A DNA stretch of 64,000 nucleotides from Candidatus Latescibacterota bacterium (GTDB taxonomy: Bacteria; Latescibacterota; UBA2968). A program made the translations under genes and the position numbers. This document shows, piece after piece, positions 8,121 to 18,132 of this stretch (positions within the stretch are counted from its first letter, which is position 1; each line of letters begins with the position of its first letter). The notes below the pieces were generated by a model. The model ran no database searches, had not been told where the DNA came from, and saw only the letters and a program-made list of their open reading frames with translations. The stretch spans positions 2,048,001 to 2,112,000 of the forward strand of contig OZ242320.1 of assembly GCA_965208125.1 (NCBI GenBank), in the 5' to 3' direction.

Positions 8121-10607
8121 TCACTCCGTCCGCAAGGCATCTACTGGATTTGTCCGTGCGGCTTTGAGGGCTTGATAGGTCATGGTTGCAAGTGCAAGTA
8201 AGAGCGCGAGAATACCGCCTATGAGAAAATACATAAGGTGAAGGTCGATGCGATAGGCGAAGTCCTGCAACCATCTGCTCCCAAACAGATAGGCTATTGG
8301 ACTGGCGATTATACAGGCGATGATTACGAGTTTGACAAATTCTCTGGATAACAAACCAAAAATACTGAATACCGATGCGCCCAGGACTTTTCGTATGCCA
8401 ATTTCTTTTGTTTTTTGTTCTGCTCGAAACGATATCAGGCCGAGTAGTCCCAGGCATGCTACGAAGATTGTCAGTCCGGAAAACACGGTTAGTGCATTCC
8501 CCGTGCGGATTTCATTTTCATAACGCACGCGTGTCAGGTCATCATTTAAGAAATGATAGGTGAACGGAATTTGAGGCAAAAACTCATGCCATGTTTTTTC
8601 TATAAAAGCGAGCGTTTCAGGTATGTTCTGTGTGCCCAGTTTGAGGTAGAGAGTTTTGCCCGCTCCCGTACGCGTTTTGAATGTGACGGGTCGAATGGTA
8701 TTGTGCAAGGTCTGAACGTGAAAATCTTTCATCACGCCTACCACATACCCCTCAGGTCCATTTTTTTCCTTAAAACGTCTGCCAATCGGTTCGTCCCATC
8801 CAAGCTGTTGTACGGCTGTTTCATTCAAAATATAAGGCTGGCCTTTTTTTACATATTCGTGCACTTTTTTTTCATATTCTTGCCACTCCGCAAGACTTGT
8901 TACTTTTTCTGGTGGTTTTGGTAGTTCTGGTACCAGACGGCCTGCTGCGAGTTCGATGTTGAAGAAGTCCAGATAATCTTTATCGATATCAAACACGCCC
9001 ATCTGCCAATCGGCATCGCTGCCTTCAGCTCGAAACGTGTCGGTTGTGATGTACCCGCCTTGAGGGAAACGCGTGGCTGTTGCTTTCAGAATATTCGGGT
9101 GTGCCGTGAACGCCTGTTTTACCGTGGGAATGCGCCGTCTCAGATCCTCGGGTCCACCGTGATGTAGTTGTCGAGAATAGATGAAAATCGGTATGCCGAC
9201 CACGAGTTCTTTATCAAATCCGAGGTCTTTGTTTCGGATATACGCCAGTTGCTCTTGTACGACAACAGTGCCTGTGATGAAAGCTATTGAAATTGCAAAT
9301 TGAAAGACCACGAGTGCTTTTCTCAGCCCAACGTGTTTCGATCCGGGTATCCAATCTCCTTTCATTACCTGCGTGGGCAAGAAGGATGAGAGTACAAATG
9401 CGGGATAACTTCCCGCGAGTACACCAACGCTCACGCCAAATCCGATCAATCCGATCAGCCACCACAGATTTTCAGTTCTGTGCAATATCAAATCTCGTTG
9501 AATAAAACTGTTAAACCACGGCAGGATCAGTTCGACTAAGGCGAGTGCTACGATCATTGCAGCGAGTGCTACCAGTACTGATTCGCCCAAAAATTGTCCG
9601 ATCAATTGCTGGCGAGATGCGCCTACCACTTTTCGCAATCCCACCTCACGTGCTCTGGTGGATGAACGCGCCGTTGAGAGATTCATAAAATTGACACAGG
9701 CGAGTACGAGAATAAAACCCGCCACGAGTCCAAAGGCATACACCTGCTTGATATCGCCATATCCCGTAAACTGACGCCCCAAATCCCAATGGCCATAAAG
9801 ATGCACGCGCGTGAGGGGTTGCAAGATGTACCGGGTCGTTTGGCGGACTTCATTTCCCATGTATCGCGTTATCAAATCGGGTAGTTTTTGCTGTAGTGCG
9901 CGGTGGTCGTAGCCTTCGGGCAACAGGAGATATGTGAAAAAGGGACGGTAAGCACCCGTGGGCTGCCATATAGACCACATGTCCGCCAACGCCCCCCTTG
10001 GCGTGGCGGTCAGGCAATCGAAATAAAAGGTCGAGTTGGGTGGAAAGTCGCGCACAATACCCGTCACAAAGTATGTTACAGTGCCGCTCAGTTCCTGGTG
10101 ATCTACTTGTAGTGTTTTTCCCATCGGATTCTGGTTCTGAAAGAATTTGCGGGCCATGGATTCTGTTAGCACTATTGAACCCGGCTGGGTCAACGCCGTG
10201 CCTGCATCACCGGTTACAAATGGGATTGTAAATACATTGAAAATTTCTCGATCTGCGACACATACGTCTTGCTGAAAAAAGCGGTCATCGGTTTTAACCC
10301 ATGAGGTGAGTCGCTGTGTGCGGATGGCTTCCTGTACTTCGGGAAAATCGCGCTTTAGTGCCGGTGCCAGTGCGCCAGATGCACGCGGACTGACCGATGT
10401 GGTGTTTTCCATTGAAACTGTGCGGAAGACGCGATAGATGTGGGTTGCATTAACATGATAGCGGTCGTAGCTAAATTCATATTGAATGTAGAGGGCGATT
10501 AAAATGACACACGTCATCCCGATTGCCAGACCCAGGATATTAATCGCTGTCAAGCCTCTGCTTTTTAGCAAGGTGCGAAGAGTAGCTATGAGATAACTGT
10601 GCAACAT
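8121..10607 (-). CDS. MacB/FtsX-family ABC permease (P3, subfamily B)
   Basis: 828 aa; family motifs; close paralog of 12946..15426. Confidence 0.95.
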   Translation of the reverse strand: MLHSYLIATLRTLLKSRGLTAINILGLAIGMTCVILIALYIQYEFSYDRYHVNATHIYRVFRTVSMENTTSVSPRASGALAPALKRDFPEVQEAIRTQRLTSWVKTDDRFFQQDVCVADREIFNVFTIPFVTGDAGTALTQPGSIVLTESMARKFFQNQNPMGKTLQVDHQELSGTVTYFVTGIVRDFPPNSTFYFDCLTATPRGALADMWSIWQPTGAYRPFFTYLLLPEGYDHRALQQKLPDLITRYMGNEVRQTTRYILQPLTRVHLYGHWDLGRQFTGYGDIKQVYAFGLVAGFILVLACVNFMNLSTARSSTRAREVGLRKVVGASRQQLIGQFLGESVLVALAAMIVALALVELILPWFNSFIQRDLILHRTENLWWLIGLIGFGVSVGVLAGSYPAFVLSSFLPTQVMKGDWIPGSKHVGLRKALVVFQFAISIAFITGTVVVQEQLAYIRNKDLGFDKELVVGIPIFIYSRQLHHGGPEDLRRRIPTVKQAFTAHPNILKATATRFPQGGYITTDTFRAEGSDADWQMGVFDIDKDYLDFFNIELAAGRLVPELPKPPEKVTSLAEWQEYEKKVHEYVKKGQPYILNETAVQQLGWDEPIGRRFKEKNGPEGYVVGVMKDFHVQTLHNTIRPVTFKTRTGAGKTLYLKLGTQNIPETLAFIEKTWHEFLPQIPFTYHFLNDDLTRVRYENEIRTGNALTVFSGLTIFVACLGLLGLISFRAEQKTKEIGIRKVLGASVFSIFGLLSREFVKLVIIACIIASPIAYLFGSRWLQDFAYRIDLHLMYFLIGGILALLLALATMTYQALKAARTNPVDALRTE

Positions 10608-10632
10608 ATTGATCTCCTGATGCCGTTTTCAA

Positions 10633-12942
10633 CTATTCCACAACGCGAAAATAGACATATTTCCTGTCCGTCTGATCTGTTCGCTTGTCCTTCGCCAATA
10701 CGGTTAATTGATAGATCCCTTCGGGCACCTGGTTCACATCGATCTGCAAATACGTGAAGTCATCTTCTCGATTGCCTTCGTAATTGGCTGTCACGGTTCG
10801 CGTCAGATCCCCATCTTTTGAGCGCTCGATCTCCAAGTCCTCAGCAGGGATGTGATGGACTTGTCCACCACTCGTATAAACCTTTGTCTCACCCAACATA
10901 TTGCCATCGGCAAATGCGCTACTACTCACCTCGCTATCCTCTGATTGATCTGTCTGTAACCCCTGAGCTTCTGCTGTTTGTTCACTCCGCAGATCCATTT
11001 CTGTCTTGCCCATTGTCGAAATCAGACTGTGAGATGCGAATAAGGTCGGAGACAGGGTATCTATCTCTGGCTTGCCAATGGTGTAGGAAATCTCATATTG
11101 CGTGCTGCCAAAAGCGTCGCGCTGGAGATCGTACAGTTCCAGATAGATAAACACCGATTCAGAGGGTGAAAATGTGCGGACGGGATTGGGGGTGATGAGC
11201 AAATCATCGCGGCTTTCTGGCAATGCTTTCTTCGCTTGAATATCGCTGCCGACGAGCAGATCACTCAGACGAAAGGTCTCCTGGTTATATACGAGGGGTT
11301 TCTCATCGCGTGCCACACCAATTAAACCGGATGTTTGATCCATAAATTCTATTGAAAAATGATAGCTGCTCTGGCGTAAAGGTACCGTGCGCGAGATCAA
11401 CAGGTGGTCGTTGCGATGTTGTGTTGCGGCGTTTTGTGCTGGCTCCGGCTTCGGAAAAGTAAGGGTTTTGAATTTGCGATAGTTATACATATCGCTCCAC
11501 TGCTCATCAAAGAAGAAGACGCCATCCCAAAAACTCACTTTGTCCGTTTCCGGGTTTTTTGTCAATTGGTCTTTGGGAATCATATAGCTGAGTTCGACGC
11601 GCATCCTGTTTTGTTCTTCAAAGGTGGCGATCTGATAGGGGAGGGTGTATTTTCGCTGTAAATACGGGTCAATAAAACGTTGAGATGTTTTTCGGAAGGT
11701 GTGATGCGAGGCTTCGACGAAGTTCCCCGCGTAATAACGGGCACCACCTTGTCCTACCTCATAACCACCACAGAAGCTCCAACGATCACTGCCATTCCCG
11801 CAGTATTCGATCTTAAATGTTTCGTAATACCAGGTCTCCCGCATCTCATAAAACGCGCGAAACCCTGATCCACCTTTTGGAAGATGAAAGGTTTTTCTAT
11901 GTCTATATCTTCCAAATTTGATATAGGTCTTCCCCATATCCGTCTGCCACCCTTCGACATCAGCCGAAAATCGCCTGAATCGCAAATTTGCATAAGCCAT
12001 GCGACCAAAGTGTGCCATCTTTCTTTCGTTAAAATCAGACAAATAGAGCGGGTCCTGGCGCTTCCAAAACATCTCGCGTTTCAAGAGCGCATCAATCGTC
12101 TGTGTCTTATCGCGGGATGCATGATCTGCTTTGGGTGCAAGCAGGTCGATAGATTCGAGTAACTCGCGTTCTTCAATACTCATCAAGTCAAGGGCGCGTT
12201 GATAGTATTCATGCGATTCGTCGAATTCGCCAAGCTGATAGGCGGCAAGCCCACAGAATAACAGCGCATTTTTGTCATCTGGATATTGCGTGCGCAGGGC
12301 TTGCATCAGGGCATGGAAGGCATCCCAATATTTGTCTTCAAAGTATAGTATGCCCAACAAATAATAGGGTTGCTGATTGGTACCGTCCAATTCGATGCTT
12401 TTTCGCAAGACCTGAATAGCTTCTTGTTTGGCTTCTTGAGTAAATTCCCTGAAATTCCGGGTTTGGGAATTATCTTTTATTCTGAGAAATTCATACACCC
12501 AGAACATACCCTGCCCATTGAGGACATCCGTATTTTCCGGATGCTTTTTGATCACGTTCTTGAATTGGTTCAATGCCCGTGACCGCAAGCCCTGTGCCCA
12601 CCAGATTTTTCCGCGTGTTAGCCGATACTCAGTATTGTCGGGATCAATCACGATTGCCTGCTGTATCCTCCGCATTGCTCGCTGTCGGCCATTTACGCTG
12701 TGGTCCAGCAGGTGCAGTTTGGCCAATTCGTTGTATGCAGGCGCATAATTTCTGTCTTTGGAAATAATCTCTTCGAGAACTTTGATGCTTTCTTTATGGC
12801 TCACCTGACCGACTTGCTCTACTGCCGCCAGAAACAGCGTGTCTATTGTGGTTTCCCCTCTGGACAAGCCAGGACCAAAGATGCCAATCAGGAGTATAAA
12901 ACCTGTATAAGCCACTGATCCCGCTTTCATATCTCTCTCCAT
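10633..12942 (-). CDS. GWxTD-domain protein with N-terminal signal and TPR repeats
   Basis: Hydrophobic N-terminus, TPR-like helices (APAYNELA, QPYYLLG, ALLFCGLAAYQLG), FWKRQDP and EGWQTDMGKTYIKFG motif. Confidence 0.85.
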   Translation of the reverse strand: MERDMKAGSVAYTGFILLIGIFGPGLSRGETTIDTLFLAAVEQVGQVSHKESIKVLEEIISKDRNYAPAYNELAKLHLLDHSVNGRQRAMRRIQQAIVIDPDNTEYRLTRGKIWWAQGLRSRALNQFKNVIKKHPENTDVLNGQGMFWVYEFLRIKDNSQTRNFREFTQEAKQEAIQVLRKSIELDGTNQQPYYLLGILYFEDKYWDAFHALMQALRTQYPDDKNALLFCGLAAYQLGEFDESHEYYQRALDLMSIEERELLESIDLLAPKADHASRDKTQTIDALLKREMFWKRQDPLYLSDFNERKMAHFGRMAYANLRFRRFSADVEGWQTDMGKTYIKFGRYRHRKTFHLPKGGSGFRAFYEMRETWYYETFKIEYCGNGSDRWSFCGGYEVGQGGARYYAGNFVEASHHTFRKTSQRFIDPYLQRKYTLPYQIATFEEQNRMRVELSYMIPKDQLTKNPETDKVSFWDGVFFFDEQWSDMYNYRKFKTLTFPKPEPAQNAATQHRNDHLLISRTVPLRQSSYHFSIEFMDQTSGLIGVARDEKPLVYNQETFRLSDLLVGSDIQAKKALPESRDDLLITPNPVRTFSPSESVFIYLELYDLQRDAFGSTQYEISYTIGKPEIDTLSPTLFASHSLISTMGKTEMDLRSEQTAEAQGLQTDQSEDSEVSSSAFADGNMLGETKVYTSGGQVHHIPAEDLEIERSKDGDLTRTVTANYEGNREDDFTYLQIDVNQVPEGIYQLTVLAKDKRTDQTDRKYVYFRVVE

Positions 12943-12945
12943 TTT

Positions 12946-15426
12946 TCACTCCGTCCGCAAAGCATCCACTGGATTTGTCCGTGCGGCTTTGAAGGCTTGA
13001 TAGGTCATGGTTGCGAGTGCGAGTAAGAGCGCGAGCATACCGCCTATGAGGAAATACATAAGATGCAGGTCGATGCGATAGGCGAAGTCCTGCAACCATC
13101 TGCCCGCAAACAGATAGGCTATTGGGCTGGCGATTATACAGGCGACGATTACGAGTTTGACAAATTCTCTGGATAACAAACCAAAAATACTGAATACCGA
13201 TGCGCCCAGGACTTTTCGTATGCCAATTTCTTTTGTTTTCTGTTCTGCTCGAAACGATATCAGGCCGAGTAGTCCCAGGCATGCTACGAAGATTGCCAGT
13301 CCGGAAAACACGGTTAGTGCATTTCCCGTGCGAATTTCATTTTGATAACGCACATGTGTCAGGTCATCATTCAAAAACCAGAAAGTGAAGGGGATTTGCG
13401 GTAAAAATTCATACCATGTTTTTTCTATAAATGCGAGGGTTGCGGGTATGTTCTGTGTGCCCAATTTGAGATAGAGAAATTTGGCGCCTCCCGTAAAAAC
13501 CCTGAATACAACGGGTCGGATGGTATTGTGCAATGTCTGAACGTGAAAATCTTTTACCACGCCTATCACATATCCCTCTGGCTCTTTTTTTTCTTTAAAA
13601 CGCTTGCCTATTGGATCATCCCATCCGAGATGCTGTGCGGCTGTTTCATTTAAGATAAATGGCCGGCCTTTTTCTCGATATGCTTGCACTATTTTTTTGT
13701 ATTCTTGCAACTCTTCAAGACTTTCTATTTTTTCTGGTAACTTTGGTGGTTCTGGTGCCAGACGGCCTGCTACGAGTTCGATGTTGAAGAAGTCCAGAAA
13801 ATCGCGGTCGATATCAAACAAGCCCATCTGCCAATCGGCATCACTGCCTTCAGCTCTAAACGTATCTGTCGTATGAGATCCGCCTTGGTGAAAACGGGTG
13901 GCTGTTGCTTTTAAAATATTCGAGTGTGCCGTGAACACCTCTTTTACCGTGGGAATGCGCCATCTCAGATCGTCTCGATTCCCTTGATGTAGTTGCCGGG
14001 AATAGATGAAAAGCGGTATGCCGACGACGAGTTCTTTGTCGAATCCGAGGTCTTTGTTTCGGATATACGCCAGTTGCTCTTGTACTACAACAGTGCCTGT
14101 GATAAAAGCAATTGAAATTGCAAATTGGAAGACGACCAGTGCTTTTCTCAGCCCAATGTGTTTCGATCCGGGTATCCAATCTCCTTTCATTACCTGCGTG
14201 GGCAAGAAGGATGAGAGTACAAATGCGGGATAACTTCCCGCGAGTACACCTACGGCAAGTCCAAACCCGATTAACCCGATCAGCCACCACAGATTTTCAG
14301 TGCTGTACAATACCAGATCTCGCTGGATAAAGCTGTTAAACCACGGCAGGACCAGTTCAAATAGCGCGACAGCCACCACCATTGCAGCCAGTGACACGAG
14401 TACGGATTCGCCCAAAAATTGTCCGATCAATTGCCGGCGAGATGCGCCTACCACCTTTCGCAATCCCACCTCACGCGCTCTGGTGGATGAACGCGCTGTT
14501 GAGAGGTTCATAAAATTGACACAGGCTAATAAGAGAATAAAGCCCGCCACCAGCCCAAAAGCATATACCTGCTTGATATCGCCATATTCGGCAGTCGTAA
14601 GTCCCAAATCCGCAGTGCTATAAAGGTGCCTGCGGATGAGGGGTTGCAAGATGTACCGGGTCGTTTGGCGCACCTCATCACCCATGTATCGCGCTATCAA
14701 ATCGGGTAGTTTTTGCTGTAGTGCGCGGTGGTCGTATCCTTCGGGCAACAGGAGATATGTGAAAAAGGGACGAAAAACACCCGTGGGCTGCCAGATAGAC
14801 CACATGTCTGCCGTGTTGCCCTTTGGCGTGGCGGTCAGGCAATCAAAATAAAAGGTCGAATTGGGTGGAAAGTCGCGCACAATACCCGTTACAAAGTAGG
14901 TGCCGCTCAGTTCCTGGTGATCTACTTGCAGGGCTTTTCCTATTGGATTCTGGTTCTGAAAGAATTTGCGCGCCATGGATTCTGTCAGCACCATTGAGCC
15001 AGACTGCGTCAATGCCGTGTTCGGATCGCCGCTTATAAATGGAATGGTGAACACATTGAAAATCTCTGGGTCTGCCACACACATGTCTTGCTGAAAAAAG
15101 CGGGTTTGGGTTTGCACCCAAGCGTCGAGCCGTTGTACGCGGATGGCTTCCTGCACTTCGGGGAAATCGCGCTTTAGTGCTGGTGCCAGTGCGCCAGATG
15201 CACGCGGATTGACCGATGTGGTATTTTCCATTGACATGACGCGAAAAACGCCGTAGATGCGGTTCGCATGGGCATGGTGTCGGTCATAGCTCAGTTCGTA
15301 CTGAATGTAGAGGATGATCAAAATTACAGACGCCATTCCAATTGCCAGGCCCAGGATATTAATCGCTGTCAAGCCTCTGTTTTTCAGCAAGGTGCGAACG
15401 GTAGTTATGAGATAGCTGCGAAACAT
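12946..15426 (-). CDS. MacB/FtsX-family ABC permease (P4, subfamily B)
   Basis: 826 aa; family motifs. Confidence 0.95.
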   Translation of the reverse strand: MFRSYLITTVRTLLKNRGLTAINILGLAIGMASVILIILYIQYELSYDRHHAHANRIYGVFRVMSMENTTSVNPRASGALAPALKRDFPEVQEAIRVQRLDAWVQTQTRFFQQDMCVADPEIFNVFTIPFISGDPNTALTQSGSMVLTESMARKFFQNQNPIGKALQVDHQELSGTYFVTGIVRDFPPNSTFYFDCLTATPKGNTADMWSIWQPTGVFRPFFTYLLLPEGYDHRALQQKLPDLIARYMGDEVRQTTRYILQPLIRRHLYSTADLGLTTAEYGDIKQVYAFGLVAGFILLLACVNFMNLSTARSSTRAREVGLRKVVGASRRQLIGQFLGESVLVSLAAMVVAVALFELVLPWFNSFIQRDLVLYSTENLWWLIGLIGFGLAVGVLAGSYPAFVLSSFLPTQVMKGDWIPGSKHIGLRKALVVFQFAISIAFITGTVVVQEQLAYIRNKDLGFDKELVVGIPLFIYSRQLHQGNRDDLRWRIPTVKEVFTAHSNILKATATRFHQGGSHTTDTFRAEGSDADWQMGLFDIDRDFLDFFNIELVAGRLAPEPPKLPEKIESLEELQEYKKIVQAYREKGRPFILNETAAQHLGWDDPIGKRFKEKKEPEGYVIGVVKDFHVQTLHNTIRPVVFRVFTGGAKFLYLKLGTQNIPATLAFIEKTWYEFLPQIPFTFWFLNDDLTHVRYQNEIRTGNALTVFSGLAIFVACLGLLGLISFRAEQKTKEIGIRKVLGASVFSIFGLLSREFVKLVIVACIIASPIAYLFAGRWLQDFAYRIDLHLMYFLIGGMLALLLALATMTYQAFKAARTNPVDALRTE

Positions 15427-15448
15427 ATCGACCCCCTGTCGTTATTTC

Positions 15449-15754
15449 CTATTCATCTCTCAAAGCATCCGCCGGGTTTGCGCGGGCTACTTTGAGGGTC
15501 TGGGCGGTGATGGTTGTGAGTACGACGAGGAACATGGCTATGCTGCCGAGTAAGAATATACCAATACCCAATTCGGTGCGGTAGGCGAAGGTTTGTAACC
15601 ATTGATTGGTCGCGTAATAGGCGATGGGGAATGCGATGGCGATGGCGAGGCCAATGATGTTGATGGCCGAGTAGATGCGGTGCCTGGCGAGGTTGCGGAT
15701 TGCTGTTTTCAGGTAGCTATAAAATAAAGACATTCCAGCATGTGCTCTGAACAT
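15449..15754 (-). pseudogene. Internally deleted in-frame mini-permease (subfamily C), 101 aa
   Basis: N-terminus (YLKTAIRNLARHRIYSAINIIGLAI) joined directly to C-terminus (IAFPIAYYATNQWLQ..NPADALRDE) of P6/P11; ATG at 15754 with AGGAG. Confidence 0.85.
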
Positions 15755-15821
15755 TTTAGTTTCTCCTGTGCAGGGATAGGACTTGCACCATACAGGTAAC
15801 GTGAATCTATAAAAAATAGCA

Positions 15822-15838
15822 AGCAATTCCCGTGCCAA
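15822..15838 (-). promoter_or_regulatory. sigma54 -24/-12 promoter (copy 2)
   Basis: Minus strand TTGGCACGGGAATTGCT. Confidence 0.88.
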
Positions 15839-15899
15839 AATATTCTTCTCTATGTTTTACAAGTAGTTATGAAATTTGTGCCATGAGTGCCGTTCAATA

Positions 15900-15940
15900 A
15901 GTGTCCGTTTTTGATACAGTAGTGTCCGAAAATGAACACT
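15900..15940. promoter_or_regulatory. Putative sigma54 activator enhancer (copy 2)
   Basis: One mismatch to copy 1. Confidence 0.8.
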
Positions 15941-15948
15941 TAAGATAT

Positions 15949-15977
15949 TTGACAATGTATATCCAGTTGGCTATAAT
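15949..15977 (+). promoter_or_regulatory. sigma70 promoter of TA operon with palindromic operator
   Basis: TTGACA-N17-TATAAT perfect consensus; imperfect palindrome TATATCCAGTTGGCTATA overlapping the spacer and -10. Confidence 0.85.
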
Positions 15978-15982
15978 CTTTT

Positions 15983-16357
15983 ATGAATTACAACAGATTA
16001 AACCTAAAAGAAACCATATGGATCGGGGATTCTAAGACCAAGTTGAAGGAATTTCCGGAGTCCGTTCAAAAGGATATAGGTGACGCTCTATTTATTGCAC
16101 AAGCGGGAAGCATGTCTCCGGCAGCGAAACCATTCAAGGGTGTAGGTTCAGGAGTTTTTGAGATACGGGCGGATTATAGAACGGATACTTACCGCGCCGT
16201 GTATGCGGTAAAGATTGGAGAGAGGGTTTATATACTGCATTGTTTTCAAAAAAAATCAAGGCGTGGAATTAAAACTTCCAAGAGGGATGTAGTCCTTATC
16301 AAGAGACGTTTGAGATTGGCACTGGAATTGGAGGCGATTTATGAGCAAGAAAATTAA
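15983..16357 (+). CDS. RelE/ParE-superfamily (HigB/Gp49-like) toxin
   Basis: W.GDS..L..FP, GVGSGVFEIR, TYRAVY, LHCFQKKS motifs; toxin-first order. Confidence 0.9.
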   Translation: MNYNRLNLKETIWIGDSKTKLKEFPESVQKDIGDALFIAQAGSMSPAAKPFKGVGSGVFEIRADYRTDTYRAVYAVKIGERVYILHCFQKKSRRGIKTSKRDVVLIKRRLRLALELEAIYEQEN

Positions 16358-16664
16358 ATTTGAAAAGAGTTCGGGCAATGTGTTCAGGGATCTGGACTTG
16401 CCAGATGCGGAGGAATTATTTGTCAAGGCAACTCTTGGATTTGAAGTGTTTCAGATTATAGAAGAGCGGAAGCTGACGCAGACGGAGGCAGCGGACATTT
16501 TAGGTGTGAAACAACCTGAAATATCCCGGTTAAAGAATGGGAATTTTAATCATTACAGCGTTGCGCGATTAATGACATTTCTCAATCGGCTAAATCGCGA
16601 TATTGAGATCCGCATTATTCCCTCAAAAGATAGACAGGGACAACAGCGAGTCGTTGCTGTTTAG
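16341..16664 (+). CDS. XRE-HTH antitoxin (HigA-like)
   Basis: SSGNVFRDL, LTQTEAADILGVKQPEISRL HTH; overlaps toxin. Confidence 0.9.
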   Translation: MSKKIKFEKSSGNVFRDLDLPDAEELFVKATLGFEVFQIIEERKLTQTEAADILGVKQPEISRLKNGNFNHYSVARLMTFLNRLNRDIEIRIIPSKDRQGQQRVVAV

Positions 16665-16669
16665 TTCTT

Positions 16670-17383
16670 TCACTTCAGACCCGAGCGATTGATGTGCTCA
16701 AGTAATTCAGGCAGTTCCTCAATTTCAGTAATTGATAACCCCTGCCAGCCAATTATGTCTGGTCTTGCGTCGTCATATACATCTTCTAAATCGACTTGCT
16801 TTAGCACGGGTAAGAAACCTATTTCTTTCGCACCGGTCATTTCCTGGTTGCTACCATCGCCCACATAAACACAGACATTTGACGGAAGTCCCAACTGTTC
16901 ATGCGCCCGTTTATAGATTTTAATAGCGGGCTTTTGTATTTTTTCCGTGCAAGAAAAGAGCGGTAAATCGATATGCTCTGATAAAGGGGAAGTGTGCCAG
17001 AGTAGAGGGACATCTGGACCGCAGTTTGTTATGAGTCCAATTTTATAGCCATCATTTTTCAGGTTTTGAAGCGTAAGCAGGACTTCATCTTTTGGTTTGA
17101 GTGTTCTCATTGTGAAGTCGTATCGATATTGCGCGGCAGTGTTAATTTTGCAATCACCGGGAGATAGACCAATTTGAGCGCAACATAAAGCGATAGTCTC
17201 TTCTATTGATCTAAATTTCCCAATGCATCGGTCAGAATAAGAAGAGCCGAATGCTTGTCTAAACGCTTCATACGGCATCGACAACGTTTCGGCCATCAAT
17301 GCATGTATTTTGTCGTGCTCTTTTTTGCTAAAATTATCAACCAGAGTCCCAAACAAGTCGAAAATTACTGCTTTAAATTTCAT
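16670..17383 (-). CDS. HAD-family hydrolase
   Basis: FDLFGTLVD motif I, ITN, KP, YVGDG. Confidence 0.88.
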   Translation of the reverse strand: MKFKAVIFDLFGTLVDNFSKKEHDKIHALMAETLSMPYEAFRQAFGSSYSDRCIGKFRSIEETIALCCAQIGLSPGDCKINTAAQYRYDFTMRTLKPKDEVLLTLQNLKNDGYKIGLITNCGPDVPLLWHTSPLSEHIDLPLFSCTEKIQKPAIKIYKRAHEQLGLPSNVCVYVGDGSNQEMTGAKEIGFLPVLKQVDLEDVYDDARPDIIGWQGLSITEIEELPELLEHINRSGLK

Positions 17384-17418
17384 CAGTGCCCCTTTGGTCG
17401 TGCGCTGGATCATGCGGA

Positions 17419-18132
17419 TTAAAGACTCATGCGTTCTCGGAATTTTTGTGCCTGACGTCGGGAAATTTCAATTTCGTAGCCCCCTTTCAATAACACTTTT
17501 AGACTGCCTTGAAAATAGGGCTCAATTTTTTCGATATACTGCAAATTGATAATTTGTTGGCGATTGACACGAAAAAATATGCGTTTGTCCAGACGCTCTT
17601 CAAGGTGGTTGAGGGTGCGCGGAATAAGGGGTTTGAATTTTTGAAAATAGACCCGCGTGTAATTGCCAGAGACTTCGAACAATTGAATGTCTGAGAGTGT
17701 GATAAACCAGCACTGATCACCGTCTTTCACAAAGACGCGACTCGAATCTGTCAATGCCGGTGCAACAGCTTCATCGGGAGAAAGGGTTTGGGCTTGTAGT
17801 TTTTCAATCGCGCTTGCAAGGCGTTCAGGTTGAATGGGTTTTAGCAAGTAGTCGAGGGCATTTACTTCAAATGCCCGAATGGCATATTCGTCATAAGCGG
17901 TTGTAAAGATTACCTGTGGTACCTGGTCAAGGGTTTCAAGCAATTCAAAACCGTCTTGTCCGGGCATCTGAATATCGAGGAAGATCACATCGACAGATAG
18001 TCTTTTGAGTTGTTGCCGTGCCGTATCTGCATTTGCGGCTTCACCTGCTACGGTGATGGCCTCAAAGGCTTTGAGTAAGTGTTTTAATTCCTGACGGGCA
18101 AGTCGGGAATCATCGACGATCAATGCATTCAT
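17419..18132 (-). CDS. LytTR-family response regulator
   Basis: Receiver IVDD/FLDIQMP/KP plus LytTR domain (FFRVNRQQIINL, ISRR). Confidence 0.95.
   Translation of the reverse strand: MNALIVDDSRLARQELKHLLKAFEAITVAGEAANADTARQQLKRLSVDVIFLDIQMPGQDGFELLETLDQVPQVIFTTAYDEYAIRAFEVNALDYLLKPIQPERLASAIEKLQAQTLSPDEAVAPALTDSSRVFVKDGDQCWFITLSDIQLFEVSGNYTRVYFQKFKPLIPRTLNHLEERLDKRIFFRVNRQQIINLQYIEKIEPYFQGSLKVLLKGGYEIEISRRQAQKFRERMSL

Noticed and set aside
12794-13282. Repeated alternative-frame ORFs (also 8089..8457, 7884-type ORFs over enhancers such as 37884..38144)
   Set aside because: Similar only because the underlying permease or promoter DNA is duplicated
15755-15838. N-terminal extension of the mini-permease ORF
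   Set aside because: Its TTG start lies inside the sigma54 promoter; the ATG at 15754 has an RBS and matches paralogs
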